48,299 bases of DNA from a bacterium (GTDB lineage: Bacteria > 4484-113), in the NCBI GenBank assembly GCA_029932365.1, contig JAOZQG010000001.1, positions 1-48,299 on the forward strand, in the 5' to 3' direction. Numbering within the stretch: position 1 is the first letter of the stretch; each line of letters begins with the position of its first letter. Shown one piece after another: positions 40,172 to 48,299 of this stretch. The notes under the pieces were generated by a model. That model saw only the letters and a list, made by a program, of their open reading frames with translations. It was not told where the DNA came from and made no database searches. The position numbers and the translations under genes are program-made.

Positions 40172-42952
40172 CTAGTCTATGTTGGCCGCTGCTTCGATGT
40201 ACAGCTGCCTTACAGTGGACACGAGACCGTTCGCGGTCTCGCCTCCGATAATCCACACCGTATCGTTGGGCAGTGGATTACCGTCCTCGTCCAAATAGCT
40301 GAACAGGGCGACCGATCCTGCACCTGCACGCCCCTGCGCCGGTCCAACCGTCCCGGACCAGACATAAGTGTCGGGGTTGAATACTTCAGATGCGTTAACG
40401 AACTCAGGAGCGCCCTGGTCCTGGGGATAATTGACTCCGCCATAAACGTAGATCTTCCCCTGGATAATCTCCGCAGCAGCGCCGGCGCGGGCGTACTTCA
40501 TATCCGGCATAGCCTCCCAGCCGCCCGTATCTAGACGCACTCTCTCCACCGTTCGCGTACTCACGCCGGAGTTGTTGCGTCCTCCAATGGCATACAGGTA
40601 CGGGAAGTCGAGAACCAATGCGAAGTCGTAGCGCGGAGTCGGCATCGCACTGACAACCCCGCTAAACCAAGCATTGTCTCCAGGCCTGAATACCCAACTG
40701 GTTCCACTCACGAATTCACTCGGCGGGTCGCCTTGCAGTCCGCCCATCAAGATAAGCGACGATCCGCCACCGTAAGCTATGCCACGGATAGAGGGCATCA
40801 GCCTTAGCTGCGTGTTATTGTTGCCAATTGAGCCAACTGTCGTCCACGGCACGACCGGGTAATCCGTGCTGTCACCGTCGAAGCTCGGCAGCATCTCCAC
40901 CACGGAAAGCGTCTGGTCGCTGCTGTTTATTCCGCCAATCGCGTAGATGCCGGTCGAATTCGTACCTCGAGTGAGGCTGCCCAGCGGCTCGGCAGCCAGC
41001 TGACCTCGCGGCGTGGACAGGGGCAAGCGATCACTAACGCTCACCTGACTCGCCCAATTTCCAGCGCCCATCAGATATTCCTGCTTTATAAGCTGGACAC
41101 TACGCAGGGCAACGTTGCCATCCATACCGCCGATGAGAAACACCCGCCGCCCGACCAAGAAGTCGTCGGTCAGGTCTCCGTCCGTACCGTTATCATCAAT
41201 GACGGTCACCGCCGCCGCACCGAAGTCGCGCCGTGCCTGGAGGGGGTCTCCTGTGGGACCCGGATTGATATCGCGGCTGACCACAAACGACAGCGGCACG
41301 TTGTCAGTACGGCTGGTTAGTTCAAGCCCGCCCTCAGAGACAACTATGACCCTAGTACGAACGCCCTTGTAGCCAGGCAGCAGAGCGGCCGGATATTCAA
41401 TCTCGAATATGGCTTCCGCTATGTTGCCGGGTTGCTCAGTAATCCCCACTCTGGCCACGCTGGTTGCGCCCGGATCTTCATCAAGGTCGACATCTTCGTA
41501 ATTCCCGTCGTAGTCGGGATCCCACTCCAGCGTCTGGTCGTAAATCGGACTCTCCTCAGTGCCCTCGTTGATATCCTCTGCCCATACGCCGTCGCCGAGA
41601 ATGTCAATCTGGAAACGATAACTGTCCGGCCCTTCCGAGCCGCTGGCAAGCACCCGGAAGTGAACCGTCCTGCTGCTTCCCTGCGGAATGGCAGCGCTCT
41701 GCTCGGCGTAGTTGCCGTCGTTATCCACCGCGTAAGCGCCATCACCGTCGATATCAACCAGAGTCTCTGTAATCAGGGGATTCACCACCGGCTCATATGC
41801 CCGGTCCACCACGCGAACCGGCCATTCAAGATGCACTATCTGGCCGATACCGTCCACGAAGTGGAGCGCAAGAGTGAAATTGCGCGAAACGTGGCCGAAC
41901 GTTTTATAAGGATTGACCGAGATATTCAGGTCGGCATCGTAGTATGGCACGGATACCGAAGTCGTATTGGCGTCGTAGACACCGTCATTGGTGAAATCCC
42001 AGTAAAAGCCGTACGGCAGCACGCCGGGATGGTCCGGGTCCACCGTTACGCTGGCGTTCATCGCCGGTTCCCGCTCGTCGACATCGTCGCTGCTCGAATC
42101 GAATTCAATCAGGATTGACCCATCGGACCTGATCGGGGGAGAGGAATTCACGATAAGCTCCGGAGGCCCCGTAGGCTCTTCCGGCAATTCCTTGATGACC
42201 GTCAGGGGGAACTGGCGCGTTATTGAGTAATCGTTGGCATCCGTTACCGTGAGCTTAATCACGTAGGCCTCGGACTCACCTTCCAGCACGGTGAACGTGT
42301 ACTGCGGATTCTGCTGGGTCGAGTCTGTCCGCCCGTCACTGTCGAAGTCCCACTGGTAGCGGTACGGAGGAGTTCCGGGATTCTGCGGGTCGGGGAACAC
42401 GCGGCAGTAAATCGGCTCTCCCGAAAGGTAGACATAAATTGGCTCCCCTTCCTGGTCGTAGCCGATCACATTGTCGCTAATTATGCGGGTTAGCGTAGAA
42501 TCGAGCGCAAACTGCGGTTCGTCCGTGACGAGAATAGACACCGGCTCGCTGGTGCGAACCACGCCGGCATCATCCCTTACTCTGACCACGCCCTGGTACA
42601 GAGACGACCCCTGCTCGATGTCAGCATCCCGCAGGTAATACAGGTGGTAAGCCTGCTCCGTGCGTCTCGCGACCTCGTTGACGTAGAAGTCGAACGCCCC
42701 GTCATTGTCGAAGTCCCACATATAGGTGAACGGGAGCTCGCCGCCGGCTATAGTGACAATAAAGTTGACACCCAAGGGCGAGCCGCCGGTAGTGGGAGAT
42801 GCAGTATACGTGACGATCCTCAGATCGCTATCGTCATCGTCACCACCCGCCTGGCTTGGCAGGGTTACATTCCCCTTGTTGCCGCCGCCGCCACAAGCGG
42901 CGACGGCAACGATGAGTATCACCAGAGCGCAAATTACTCTCAGCACTTTCAT
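40172..42952 (-). CDS. surface lipoprotein with PKD-like repeats and a C-terminal Kelch-type beta-propeller
   Basis: ATG at 42952 lies 9 nt after GGGAGGA and gives lipobox VAVAAC followed by a Gly run. PKD-like WDF motifs: YMWDFDNDGAFD, YQWDFDSDGRTD, FYWDFTNDGVYD. Kelch-like blades: IYAIGG, LILMGG, LYAIGGRNNSG, IYVYGG, VWIIGG. Confidence 0.8.
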   Translation of the reverse strand: MKVLRVICALVILIVAVAACGGGGNKGNVTLPSQAGGDDDDSDLRIVTYTASPTTGGSPLGVNFIVTIAGGELPFTYMWDFDNDGAFDFYVNEVARRTEQAYHLYYLRDADIEQGSSLYQGVVRVRDDAGVVRTSEPVSILVTDEPQFALDSTLTRIISDNVIGYDQEGEPIYVYLSGEPIYCRVFPDPQNPGTPPYRYQWDFDSDGRTDSTQQNPQYTFTVLEGESEAYVIKLTVTDANDYSITRQFPLTVIKELPEEPTGPPELIVNSSPPIRSDGSILIEFDSSSDDVDEREPAMNASVTVDPDHPGVLPYGFYWDFTNDGVYDANTTSVSVPYYDADLNISVNPYKTFGHVSRNFTLALHFVDGIGQIVHLEWPVRVVDRAYEPVVNPLITETLVDIDGDGAYAVDNDGNYAEQSAAIPQGSSRTVHFRVLASGSEGPDSYRFQIDILGDGVWAEDINEGTEESPIYDQTLEWDPDYDGNYEDVDLDEDPGATSVARVGITEQPGNIAEAIFEIEYPAALLPGYKGVRTRVIVVSEGGLELTSRTDNVPLSFVVSRDINPGPTGDPLQARRDFGAAAVTVIDDNGTDGDLTDDFLVGRRVFLIGGMDGNVALRSVQLIKQEYLMGAGNWASQVSVSDRLPLSTPRGQLAAEPLGSLTRGTNSTGIYAIGGINSSDQTLSVVEMLPSFDGDSTDYPVVPWTTVGSIGNNNTQLRLMPSIRGIAYGGGSSLILMGGLQGDPPSEFVSGTSWVFRPGDNAWFSGVVSAMPTPRYDFALVLDFPYLYAIGGRNNSGVSTRTVERVRLDTGGWEAMPDMKYARAGAAAEIIQGKIYVYGGVNYPQDQGAPEFVNASEVFNPDTYVWSGTVGPAQGRAGAGSVALFSYLDEDGNPLPNDTVWIIGGETANGLVSTVRQLYIEAAANID

Positions 42953-42997
42953 CAGGTTACGTCCTCCCAACCATCGGGATCACGAACTTCCGGCTTT

Positions 42998-44026
42998 CTA
43001 CGGCCGGTAATGCTCAACAATAGTATCCATACCCATCTGGGTTAGCCCGCCGATAATGTAAAAGTCCCCGCCGGGCGTGTAGAACTCGTTATACACCTTA
43101 GTCTGGGTAGCACCCACCCAGCCGCGAGGCACCAATCTCGTAGGCGCCAGCGATAATGAGCCATTCTCCAGGACGTCGTAGACTGAGCCCGTGTAACCGT
43201 CAATGGTGCGACCACACATCTGCCGATAGACCGTGCCGCGGTCGTCAACCTGCCAGCCGGCAGCCTGTCCGGCAGCGGCTTCAGGCACGCTGGCCACAGT
43301 TCTCCACGAACCCATTACCGGGTTGTTGACACTATCAAAGGTGTATTCATCCACCTGGGAAATGTAGTTGCCGTTTCGGTCGAATCCGCCGACCACTACG
43401 ATGCGCCACGGCTCGTCAGTAAGCTTGTCGGGCAGGGTTACAAACGCGCTGTGGTAGGCACGCTCAATCGGCATTTCTGAGACGAGAGAGTAATCTCCTG
43501 CTCTAGGTTCACCTTCCTCGCGCTCAGGCGGTTCCTGCCAGACATTGAACCAGCGCATTGCGTTAGTCGGCACGCCGCTATCCGTAATGCCGCCGAGGAT
43601 GAACACGTAGCAGTACGGCCCTTCCGGCCACACCGGAGGCGGGATGATATTTCCCTTCGACTCGAGAGCTACCGCAGCATGCCCGTAGAGCGGTTCGGGA
43701 AGCGGATTCAGGGGCGCCGCGTTCTGACCACCACCGCCGCCGCCGCCCGGCGGACGGTCCGGTACCTGAGGTATGTTAGCGCATGGGCCGTTCTGCGGCA
43801 GCCAGTCGTAGTCAATCAACATATAACGGTCTGACCAAATATCAGTCTGAGCGTTCACGAACTGCGCAATCGGCTCACCCGTCGCCGGATCAAACAGGAT
43901 GGGGAACATATCCTCGGTACCGTAAGTCTCAGGATAGTATTTCTGAACCACATCCAGCGGATTGCCGGAATCGTCACGACCGCCGAACACGTAAGCTACG
44001 GGAACACCGTAGCCACCCCTACTCAA
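42998..44026 (-). CDS. Kelch-repeat segment, probably the 3' continuation of 44060..46045 rather than an independent gene
   Basis: Blades AYVFGGRDDSG, VFILGGITDSG, VVVGGFDRNGNY and FYIIGG. No signal peptide. TTG start with no SD site, buried in a hairpin. Same frame as the upstream ORF. Confidence 0.55.
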   Translation of the reverse strand: MSRGGYGVPVAYVFGGRDDSGNPLDVVQKYYPETYGTEDMFPILFDPATGEPIAQFVNAQTDIWSDRYMLIDYDWLPQNGPCANIPQVPDRPPGGGGGGGQNAAPLNPLPEPLYGHAAVALESKGNIIPPPVWPEGPYCYVFILGGITDSGVPTNAMRWFNVWQEPPEREEGEPRAGDYSLVSEMPIERAYHSAFVTLPDKLTDEPWRIVVVGGFDRNGNYISQVDEYTFDSVNNPVMGSWRTVASVPEAAAGQAAGWQVDDRGTVYRQMCGRTIDGYTGSVYDVLENGSLSLAPTRLVPRGWVGATQTKVYNEFYTPGGDFYIIGGLTQMGMDTIVEHYRP

Positions 44027-44046
44027 GGCCCAACCTGGGCCTAAGT
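44021..44046 (-). promoter_or_regulatory. candidate recoding (SECIS-like) hairpin downstream of the in-frame UGA
   Basis: mRNA ACUUA-GGCCCA-[GGU]-UGGGCC-U(U)GAGU: 11 bp with one bulged U. It starts 13 nt after the UGA at 44062-44060 and has a GGU apical loop. Folded by hand only. Confidence 0.3.
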
Positions 44047-44059
44047 CTGGACGCGGCTG

Positions 44060-46045
44060 TCATCCGGGGCAGGCGCCAAAGCCGCCCGGATTGACGTCCC
44101 AATCCTCGTGCACTATCACTGCTGCAGCCGAGCCGCGCTCCACAAACTGCACGCTTTTCTGGAGCGTGCGACTGCCCGTCATGAAGGCGCTGCCGCAATC
44201 CGGCGGTCCGCCGTTGCCTAAGGTCGGTGGCGTCTTTACCGTGGGGATCATCCCCATTCCGCCGGGGATATACGCGTACGCAAGTCCCTGCAACGAGTTT
44301 AGCAGAGTAAATCCGCCGTCTTCATACGGTTCGGCCTCATCATCGCCAGCCGCGACAGAGCCGAACATGCCCGTGGGCGGACGGTCGGTGCCGGTCAGAT
44401 TAAGCGCGTAGGAGGACACTACGCGGTCTACGACGCCAGTGAATTCACCGTAGTCGCTGTAAATATCTCCGCCGAAGAGGTACACCATGCCGGATGCATG
44501 CGATGCTACCGCGGGATTGGCGCGCTTACCAAAAGCGGGCAGAGGGCCGTCGACAGCAAGCCCCCCATAGGCGGACCAGCCGAGTGTGGGCGTGCGCTCA
44601 GCGCGGTATAGCGTTGCCGGCTCGGGCTGGCGAGGCTCGATGCGGATCAGATTGCTGACCGCTTCGACGCCGTTGTCATCCTTGGCCACAAGGCGCACCA
44701 CGTAAGGAGCACCTACCCCTTCACCGCTTTCATAAGCTTCGCTGCCGTTCAAGTCCACGTATTGACCGACGAAAGTGGCAAAGGTGATCACCGGATTCGG
44801 GTCGGTTGTCGTGTCCGGCACCACAATCGCCTGAGGGTCTTTAATCGGCGTCGGATACGTGGGCGGAAGCACGATAATAGGCTCATCACCGGTCGGTACA
44901 AGGTCAGTGAATACCTCCCAGTTGTAGTGGATAGGCTCCTTGCCGCCTTCAGTGTAGCTGGTAAGCTGTACGCTGAAGGGCACCGGGCCCTCCGTCGCGT
45001 CAGCCTCAATCGAAACCGAGAACGTGGCTTCCTGGCTAACGTAAACCGGAACAATACCGCTTGTTCCCGTCATGCCCTGGTTGTCCCTGACTGTTAGCAG
45101 GGCGTTATAGACGCCCCGGGCGGTATAGGTGTGCTGAGCCACCACTGCCGAGTCAAAGTCGCGGTAAGTGCCATCACCGAAATCCCAGTAGAACTCGTAG
45201 GGAGGCTCGCCACCCGAAGCGCCACCGCTGAAAACTACCGGCAGCGGGGCCTGCCCGGAGCCCGGATTGGCCGCGGCATACGCCAGCAAGGTTGATGGCG
45301 GCACCACGTTTATCGCGACGCGCCAGTCAGACTGGCCGTCACCGTCCAGGTCGTCCGCCGTGGAAACTTCAACTCCACGGTTGTCCACTACGGTGAGCAC
45401 GGGATAATACAGGTAGGAATCTTCGCCCGTCTGGGGACCGGGTTGCGCGTAGACGTGTATGGGATTCTCGCTGTTGCTGTCGGGCATCCCGTCGCCCTCA
45501 AAGTCCCAAATAAACCCATATGGCGGGCTTCCGCCTGACACCAGCGCCGTGAATTGCACCCGTAGAGGCGCGGGGCCGGAGTTGACAGAAGGCTGGAATC
45601 GCACCACCAGCGGCTGGGTTCCAGTCCCACCGGGCTCGCCTGTTGGGGCGGTTACCGTAATAGACTTGCTTACTGTAACCGTCTGGTGACGCGAATCGGT
45701 TATCTTTACTGCAACAACCGCACTGTTATTGAATGTCCAGTACGGGTCTACAGCGTTCGAATCAGCCACTCCGTCTCCGTCAAAATCCCATTCGTAGGAG
45801 TACGAAGGATAGCCTCCGAACGCATACGCCGAGAAGCTAACCGTCAGCGGTGTCGGCCCCTGATCAGGGGTCGCTGTAAGCACCACCGAAAACGGCTGGC
45901 TCTCGTCAGCAGGTGGTTCACCGCCGCCGCCAGTTTGCTGCGAAGGCGTAATCGGTGTAGGACCACCGCCGCCACCGCCGCAGGCCACGGCGAGTGCGGC
46001 GATAACCACAACCACCAAGAGCCAAAGCCTGTTACTTACCATCAT
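44060..46045 (-). CDS. lipoprotein with PKD-like repeats and the first Kelch blades, ending at an in-frame TGA
   Basis: AGAGGTG SD site 7 nt before the ATG. Lipobox LAVAC plus a Gly run. PKD-like motifs YEWDFDGDGVADSN, FIWDFEGDGMPDSN and FYWDFGDGTYRD. Kelch-like VYLFGGDIY. The propeller appears incomplete at the stop. Confidence 0.75.
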   Translation of the reverse strand: MMVSNRLWLLVVVVIAALAVACGGGGGGPTPITPSQQTGGGGEPPADESQPFSVVLTATPDQGPTPLTVSFSAYAFGGYPSYSYEWDFDGDGVADSNAVDPYWTFNNSAVVAVKITDSRHQTVTVSKSITVTAPTGEPGGTGTQPLVVRFQPSVNSGPAPLRVQFTALVSGGSPPYGFIWDFEGDGMPDSNSENPIHVYAQPGPQTGEDSYLYYPVLTVVDNRGVEVSTADDLDGDGQSDWRVAINVVPPSTLLAYAAANPGSGQAPLPVVFSGGASGGEPPYEFYWDFGDGTYRDFDSAVVAQHTYTARGVYNALLTVRDNQGMTGTSGIVPVYVSQEATFSVSIEADATEGPVPFSVQLTSYTEGGKEPIHYNWEVFTDLVPTGDEPIIVLPPTYPTPIKDPQAIVVPDTTTDPNPVITFATFVGQYVDLNGSEAYESGEGVGAPYVVRLVAKDDNGVEAVSNLIRIEPRQPEPATLYRAERTPTLGWSAYGGLAVDGPLPAFGKRANPAVASHASGMVYLFGGDIYSDYGEFTGVVDRVVSSYALNLTGTDRPPTGMFGSVAAGDDEAEPYEDGGFTLLNSLQGLAYAYIPGGMGMIPTVKTPPTLGNGGPPDCGSAFMTGSRTLQKSVQFVERGSAAAVIVHEDWDVNPGGFGACPG

Positions 46046-46145
46046 ATTTCTACACCTCTTGGGTGAAGTTTACCGGTCTATTATACCCAATTCAGGCCGT
46101 TTACAGCTACCCTTGCGCGCGCGATCACGCAATGCACACTGATTA

Positions 46146-46709
46146 CTACCTTCTAGCGCGCTCCAGGTACTTGATCGTGCGCGTGTCCACTTTTACCAAA
46201 TCCCCCTCGTCAATAAAGAGCGGAACCTGGATAACCGCCCCGGTTTCCAGAGTAGCCGCCTTCGTCGCCGTCGTCGCGGTATCGCCTTTCACGCCCGGGT
46301 CGGTTTGAACGACTTTCAGGATTACTGACGCGGGCAGGTCTACTCCCAGTATCTCCTCCTCGTAAAGGTCCATATAGACAGCATCGTTTTCTTTAATCAG
46401 CCGTGCTTTTTCGCCCAGCAAGGAAGTATGCACCGGAACCTGGTCATAATCCCGGCTGTCCATAAAGACGTAATTTTCGCCGTCACGATAAAGGAAGGTC
46501 ATCTCGCGCTTCTCTATGCGCACATCCTCCAGCTTCTCCTCGGTACGCATAGTAATCTCATTAATGGCGCCCGTGCGTATGTTGAGCAGCTTGACGCGAA
46601 CGAAAGCCGGGCCTTTGCCGGGCTTGACGTGCTGGAACTCCAGGACTCGCAGCAGGTCTCCACCCTTCTTGAATGTGGTTCCCGTTCGAAAGTCGTTTGG
46701 GGTTATCAT
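46146..46709 (-). CDS. efp: elongation factor P
   Basis: DFRTGTTFKKGGDLLRVLEFQHVKPGKGPAFVRVKLLNIRTG... is a typical EF-P. ATGA overlap with the upstream peptidase gene. Confidence 0.95.
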   Translation of the reverse strand: MITPNDFRTGTTFKKGGDLLRVLEFQHVKPGKGPAFVRVKLLNIRTGAINEITMRTEEKLEDVRIEKREMTFLYRDGENYVFMDSRDYDQVPVHTSLLGEKARLIKENDAVYMDLYEEEILGVDLPASVILKVVQTDPGVKGDTATTATKAATLETGAVIQVPLFIDEGDLVKVDTRTIKYLERARR

Positions 46710-47824
46710 GCCGAAGCCTGCTTTACCACCATTATATCCGTCGGTAGAGTGTTAAGGTTCTCCAGGCCTTTAGCCCTAACCACATACATATCCTCGATGC
46801 GCACGCCGCCCTGATCCGGCAGGTAGATTCCGGGCTCAATCGTCACCACGGATCCGGCTTTTAGCGTCTCGTCGCTCCGGTTATTCAGGCGCGGGGCCTC
46901 GTGGACTTCCACGCCAACACCATGCCCCAGGCCATGCCCGAAGTACTTGCGCTTTTCGCCGCCCACCTCGTAAGTATCGTATCCGGCCTGGCTGATGATA
47001 TCTCTCGCGACGCGGTCTACGTCCGCGCAGCGCATCCCGGCGCGGGCGCTTTCGGCCGCCGCATCTTTCGCCCGGCGCACTATAGAGTATATTTCCTGCC
47101 AGCCCTGCGCCACGCCGCCGTAGAATATGGTGCGTGTCATATCGCTGCAGTACCCGTCGAGTTCCACTCCCAGATCGAAGGTCAGCGGCATTGTGGGGAC
47201 GAGTGGCTGGTCGGTGAAGGTAGCGTGCGGCTTGGACGCATTCTTGCCAAAGGCCACAATGGGCGGGAAGCTCGCCATCCGGGCGCCCTTGCGACGCAAA
47301 CGGTATTCGAACTCAGCCGCCAGGTCAGCTTCAGTCACGCCGTTCCGTATGAAACCGACCAGTTCCGTGAAGATTTCTTCCTTCAGGCGAATGGCCCGCT
47401 TGAGCGCGGCGATTTCCTCGTCATCCTTGACCAGGCGCAGCTCTTCAACGACTCCCTTCAGCGGCACGACTTTCGCTCCGGAATTCTCCTTCAGCTCCTC
47501 GAACTGAGCCAGCGGCATATGTTCAGCTTCGATTCCCACTCGGCCGAGCCGGTACTCGGCCGCCAGTTCCTTCAGCTTCCGCCCCAGGCTCTCCTGGTAG
47601 AAAGGAATAAGCTCGTATCCTTCGTAAACCTCCTCCTTGAAGCGGTCGTAATAGCGGGAATCGGTCAGGAACAGCAGATTTTCATTGCTGATAAGAATTA
47701 CCGCCGTGGTGCCGCTAAAGCCCGAAAGGTAATAAATATTCTTCAGGTTGCTGACGAGCATCGAATCTATTTGGTGCCCGTCAAGGCGGTCCCTTGCACG
47801 CTGGATTCTACCGCCAAAGTCCAT
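46706..47824 (-). CDS. Xaa-Pro aminopeptidase (M24B family)
   Basis: Metal-ligand motifs DLGVELDGYCSDMTRT, HGLGHGVGVEVHE, VVTIEPGIY and GGVRIEDM. ATG at 47824 is preferred over the track TTG at 47845. Confidence 0.85.
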   Translation of the reverse strand: MDFGGRIQRARDRLDGHQIDSMLVSNLKNIYYLSGFSGTTAVILISNENLLFLTDSRYYDRFKEEVYEGYELIPFYQESLGRKLKELAAEYRLGRVGIEAEHMPLAQFEELKENSGAKVVPLKGVVEELRLVKDDEEIAALKRAIRLKEEIFTELVGFIRNGVTEADLAAEFEYRLRRKGARMASFPPIVAFGKNASKPHATFTDQPLVPTMPLTFDLGVELDGYCSDMTRTIFYGGVAQGWQEIYSIVRRAKDAAAESARAGMRCADVDRVARDIISQAGYDTYEVGGEKRKYFGHGLGHGVGVEVHEAPRLNNRSDETLKAGSVVTIEPGIYLPDQGGVRIEDMYVVRAKGLENLNTLPTDIMVVKQASA

Positions 47825-47851
47825 GGTATATCGATGGTGAACCAAACAATT

Positions 47852-47880
47852 ATTCTAGGCAAAAGATAGGCTTAACGCAA
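47852..47880 (-). promoter_or_regulatory. candidate sigma-70 promoter for the aminopeptidase-efp operon
   Basis: Minus strand reads TTGCGT (complement of 47875-47880), 17 nt, then TAGAAT (complement of 47852-47857). Confidence 0.35.
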
Positions 47881-48081
47881 CCCAAACGCGCAAGCTTGCT
47901 TGCTCAAGTCGACGTGCCGCAAGTGAAGTAGCGCAGGCCTGCTTATTGGTGAAGCGCTATTTGAACCCGGACCGTTCCAATTGCCTTAACTGGACGAAGC
48001 GGTCACCAATTTCCTGGGTCGCGCGAAACGGGCAACTTAAAAAATCAGTGCCCTTCCAAGCTCGGCGGGAAAATCGAAACG

Positions 48082-48299
48082 CTAATCCGCGGGCAGGTAG
48101 CGCACATCGGCGCGCCCGACGCCGATCCCCGTCTGGAATCTCTCGCCCGCCAGCGAAATCCCGTCCACGCGCAACTGCTCCTCGGAACCATACACCACCG
48201 CGCAGGCATCGGCCTCCGGGAAAACGCCCAGGCTGTGAAATTCAGCGGGCAGCTCGCTGCTGCTTAACTCTTCAACTTCTCCGTCTTCTATATCAAGCC
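48082..48299 (-). CDS. 3' end of an unidentified CDS truncated by the window edge
   Basis: My own translation of the minus strand gives 71 open codons from the window edge to TAG (48082-48084): LDIEDGEVEELSSSELPAEFHSLGVFPEADACAVVYGSEEQLRVDGISLAGERFQTGIGVGRADVRYLPAD. Not in the ORF track because no start codon lies inside the window. Confidence 0.35.
   Translation of the reverse strand, partial: LDIEDGEVEELSSSELPAEFHSLGVFPEADACAVVYGSEEQLRVDGISLAGERFQTGIGVGRADVRYLPAD

Noticed and set aside
44060-44062. Possibility that TGA is globally reassigned to a sense codon in this organism.
   Set aside because: Several confidently called genes in the window terminate at TGA with sensible ends and overlaps: rsmG at 3770-3772, ORF 8682..9854 at 9852-9854, the TPR gene at 36932-36934, and the aminopeptidase at 46706-46708. 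TGA is therefore normally a stop. Any recoding at 44060 must be site-specific.
1-48299. Search for CRISPR arrays, rRNA genes, IS elements or transposases, and toxin-antitoxin or restriction-modification genes.
   Set aside because: I saw no regularly spaced direct repeats, no rRNA-like sequence, and no DDE, serine or tyrosine recombinase motifs in any track ORF. Absence is by eye only and should be confirmed computationally.

Overview
GC-rich bacterial chromosomal segment with about 45 genes, mostly tightly packed housekeeping operons. I saw no rRNA, CRISPR array, transposase or integrase.

Recognisable core genes:
- rsmG-parA
- rpoD-aroK-aroB-aroF (minus strand)
- infC-rpmI-rplT-pheS
- buk-ptb
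- hutH
- efp plus an M24 aminopeptidase
- a WecA/MraY-type transferase
- a hemerythrin
- tRNA-Gly(CCC)

Blocks worth a second look:
1. Two tandem PKD+Kelch lipoprotein paralogues (40.2-46.0 kb). One is split by a single in-frame TGA. The TGA sits in a Cys-Pro-Gly-TGA context and is followed by a SECIS-like hairpin.
2. A translationally coupled operon at 32.9-40.0 kb. It encodes a 1324-aa TPR protein ending in a J-like domain without HPD, a divergent GrpE, a short HscC-like Hsp70, and a zinc-ribbon/TPR protein.
3. A seven-gene ECF-sigma / anti-sigma / zinc-ribbon / PspC / LiaF-toastrack envelope-stress operon (27.6-32.8 kb).
4. A fused double DUF1538-like membrane protein next to a PII-like gene.
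5. A hemerythrin whose conserved N-terminus has no canonical start codon.
6. A nonsense-split secreted gene beside the tRNA, at the position where pheT would normally follow pheS.

All functional calls come from motif recognition by eye in the supplied translations. No database search was run.
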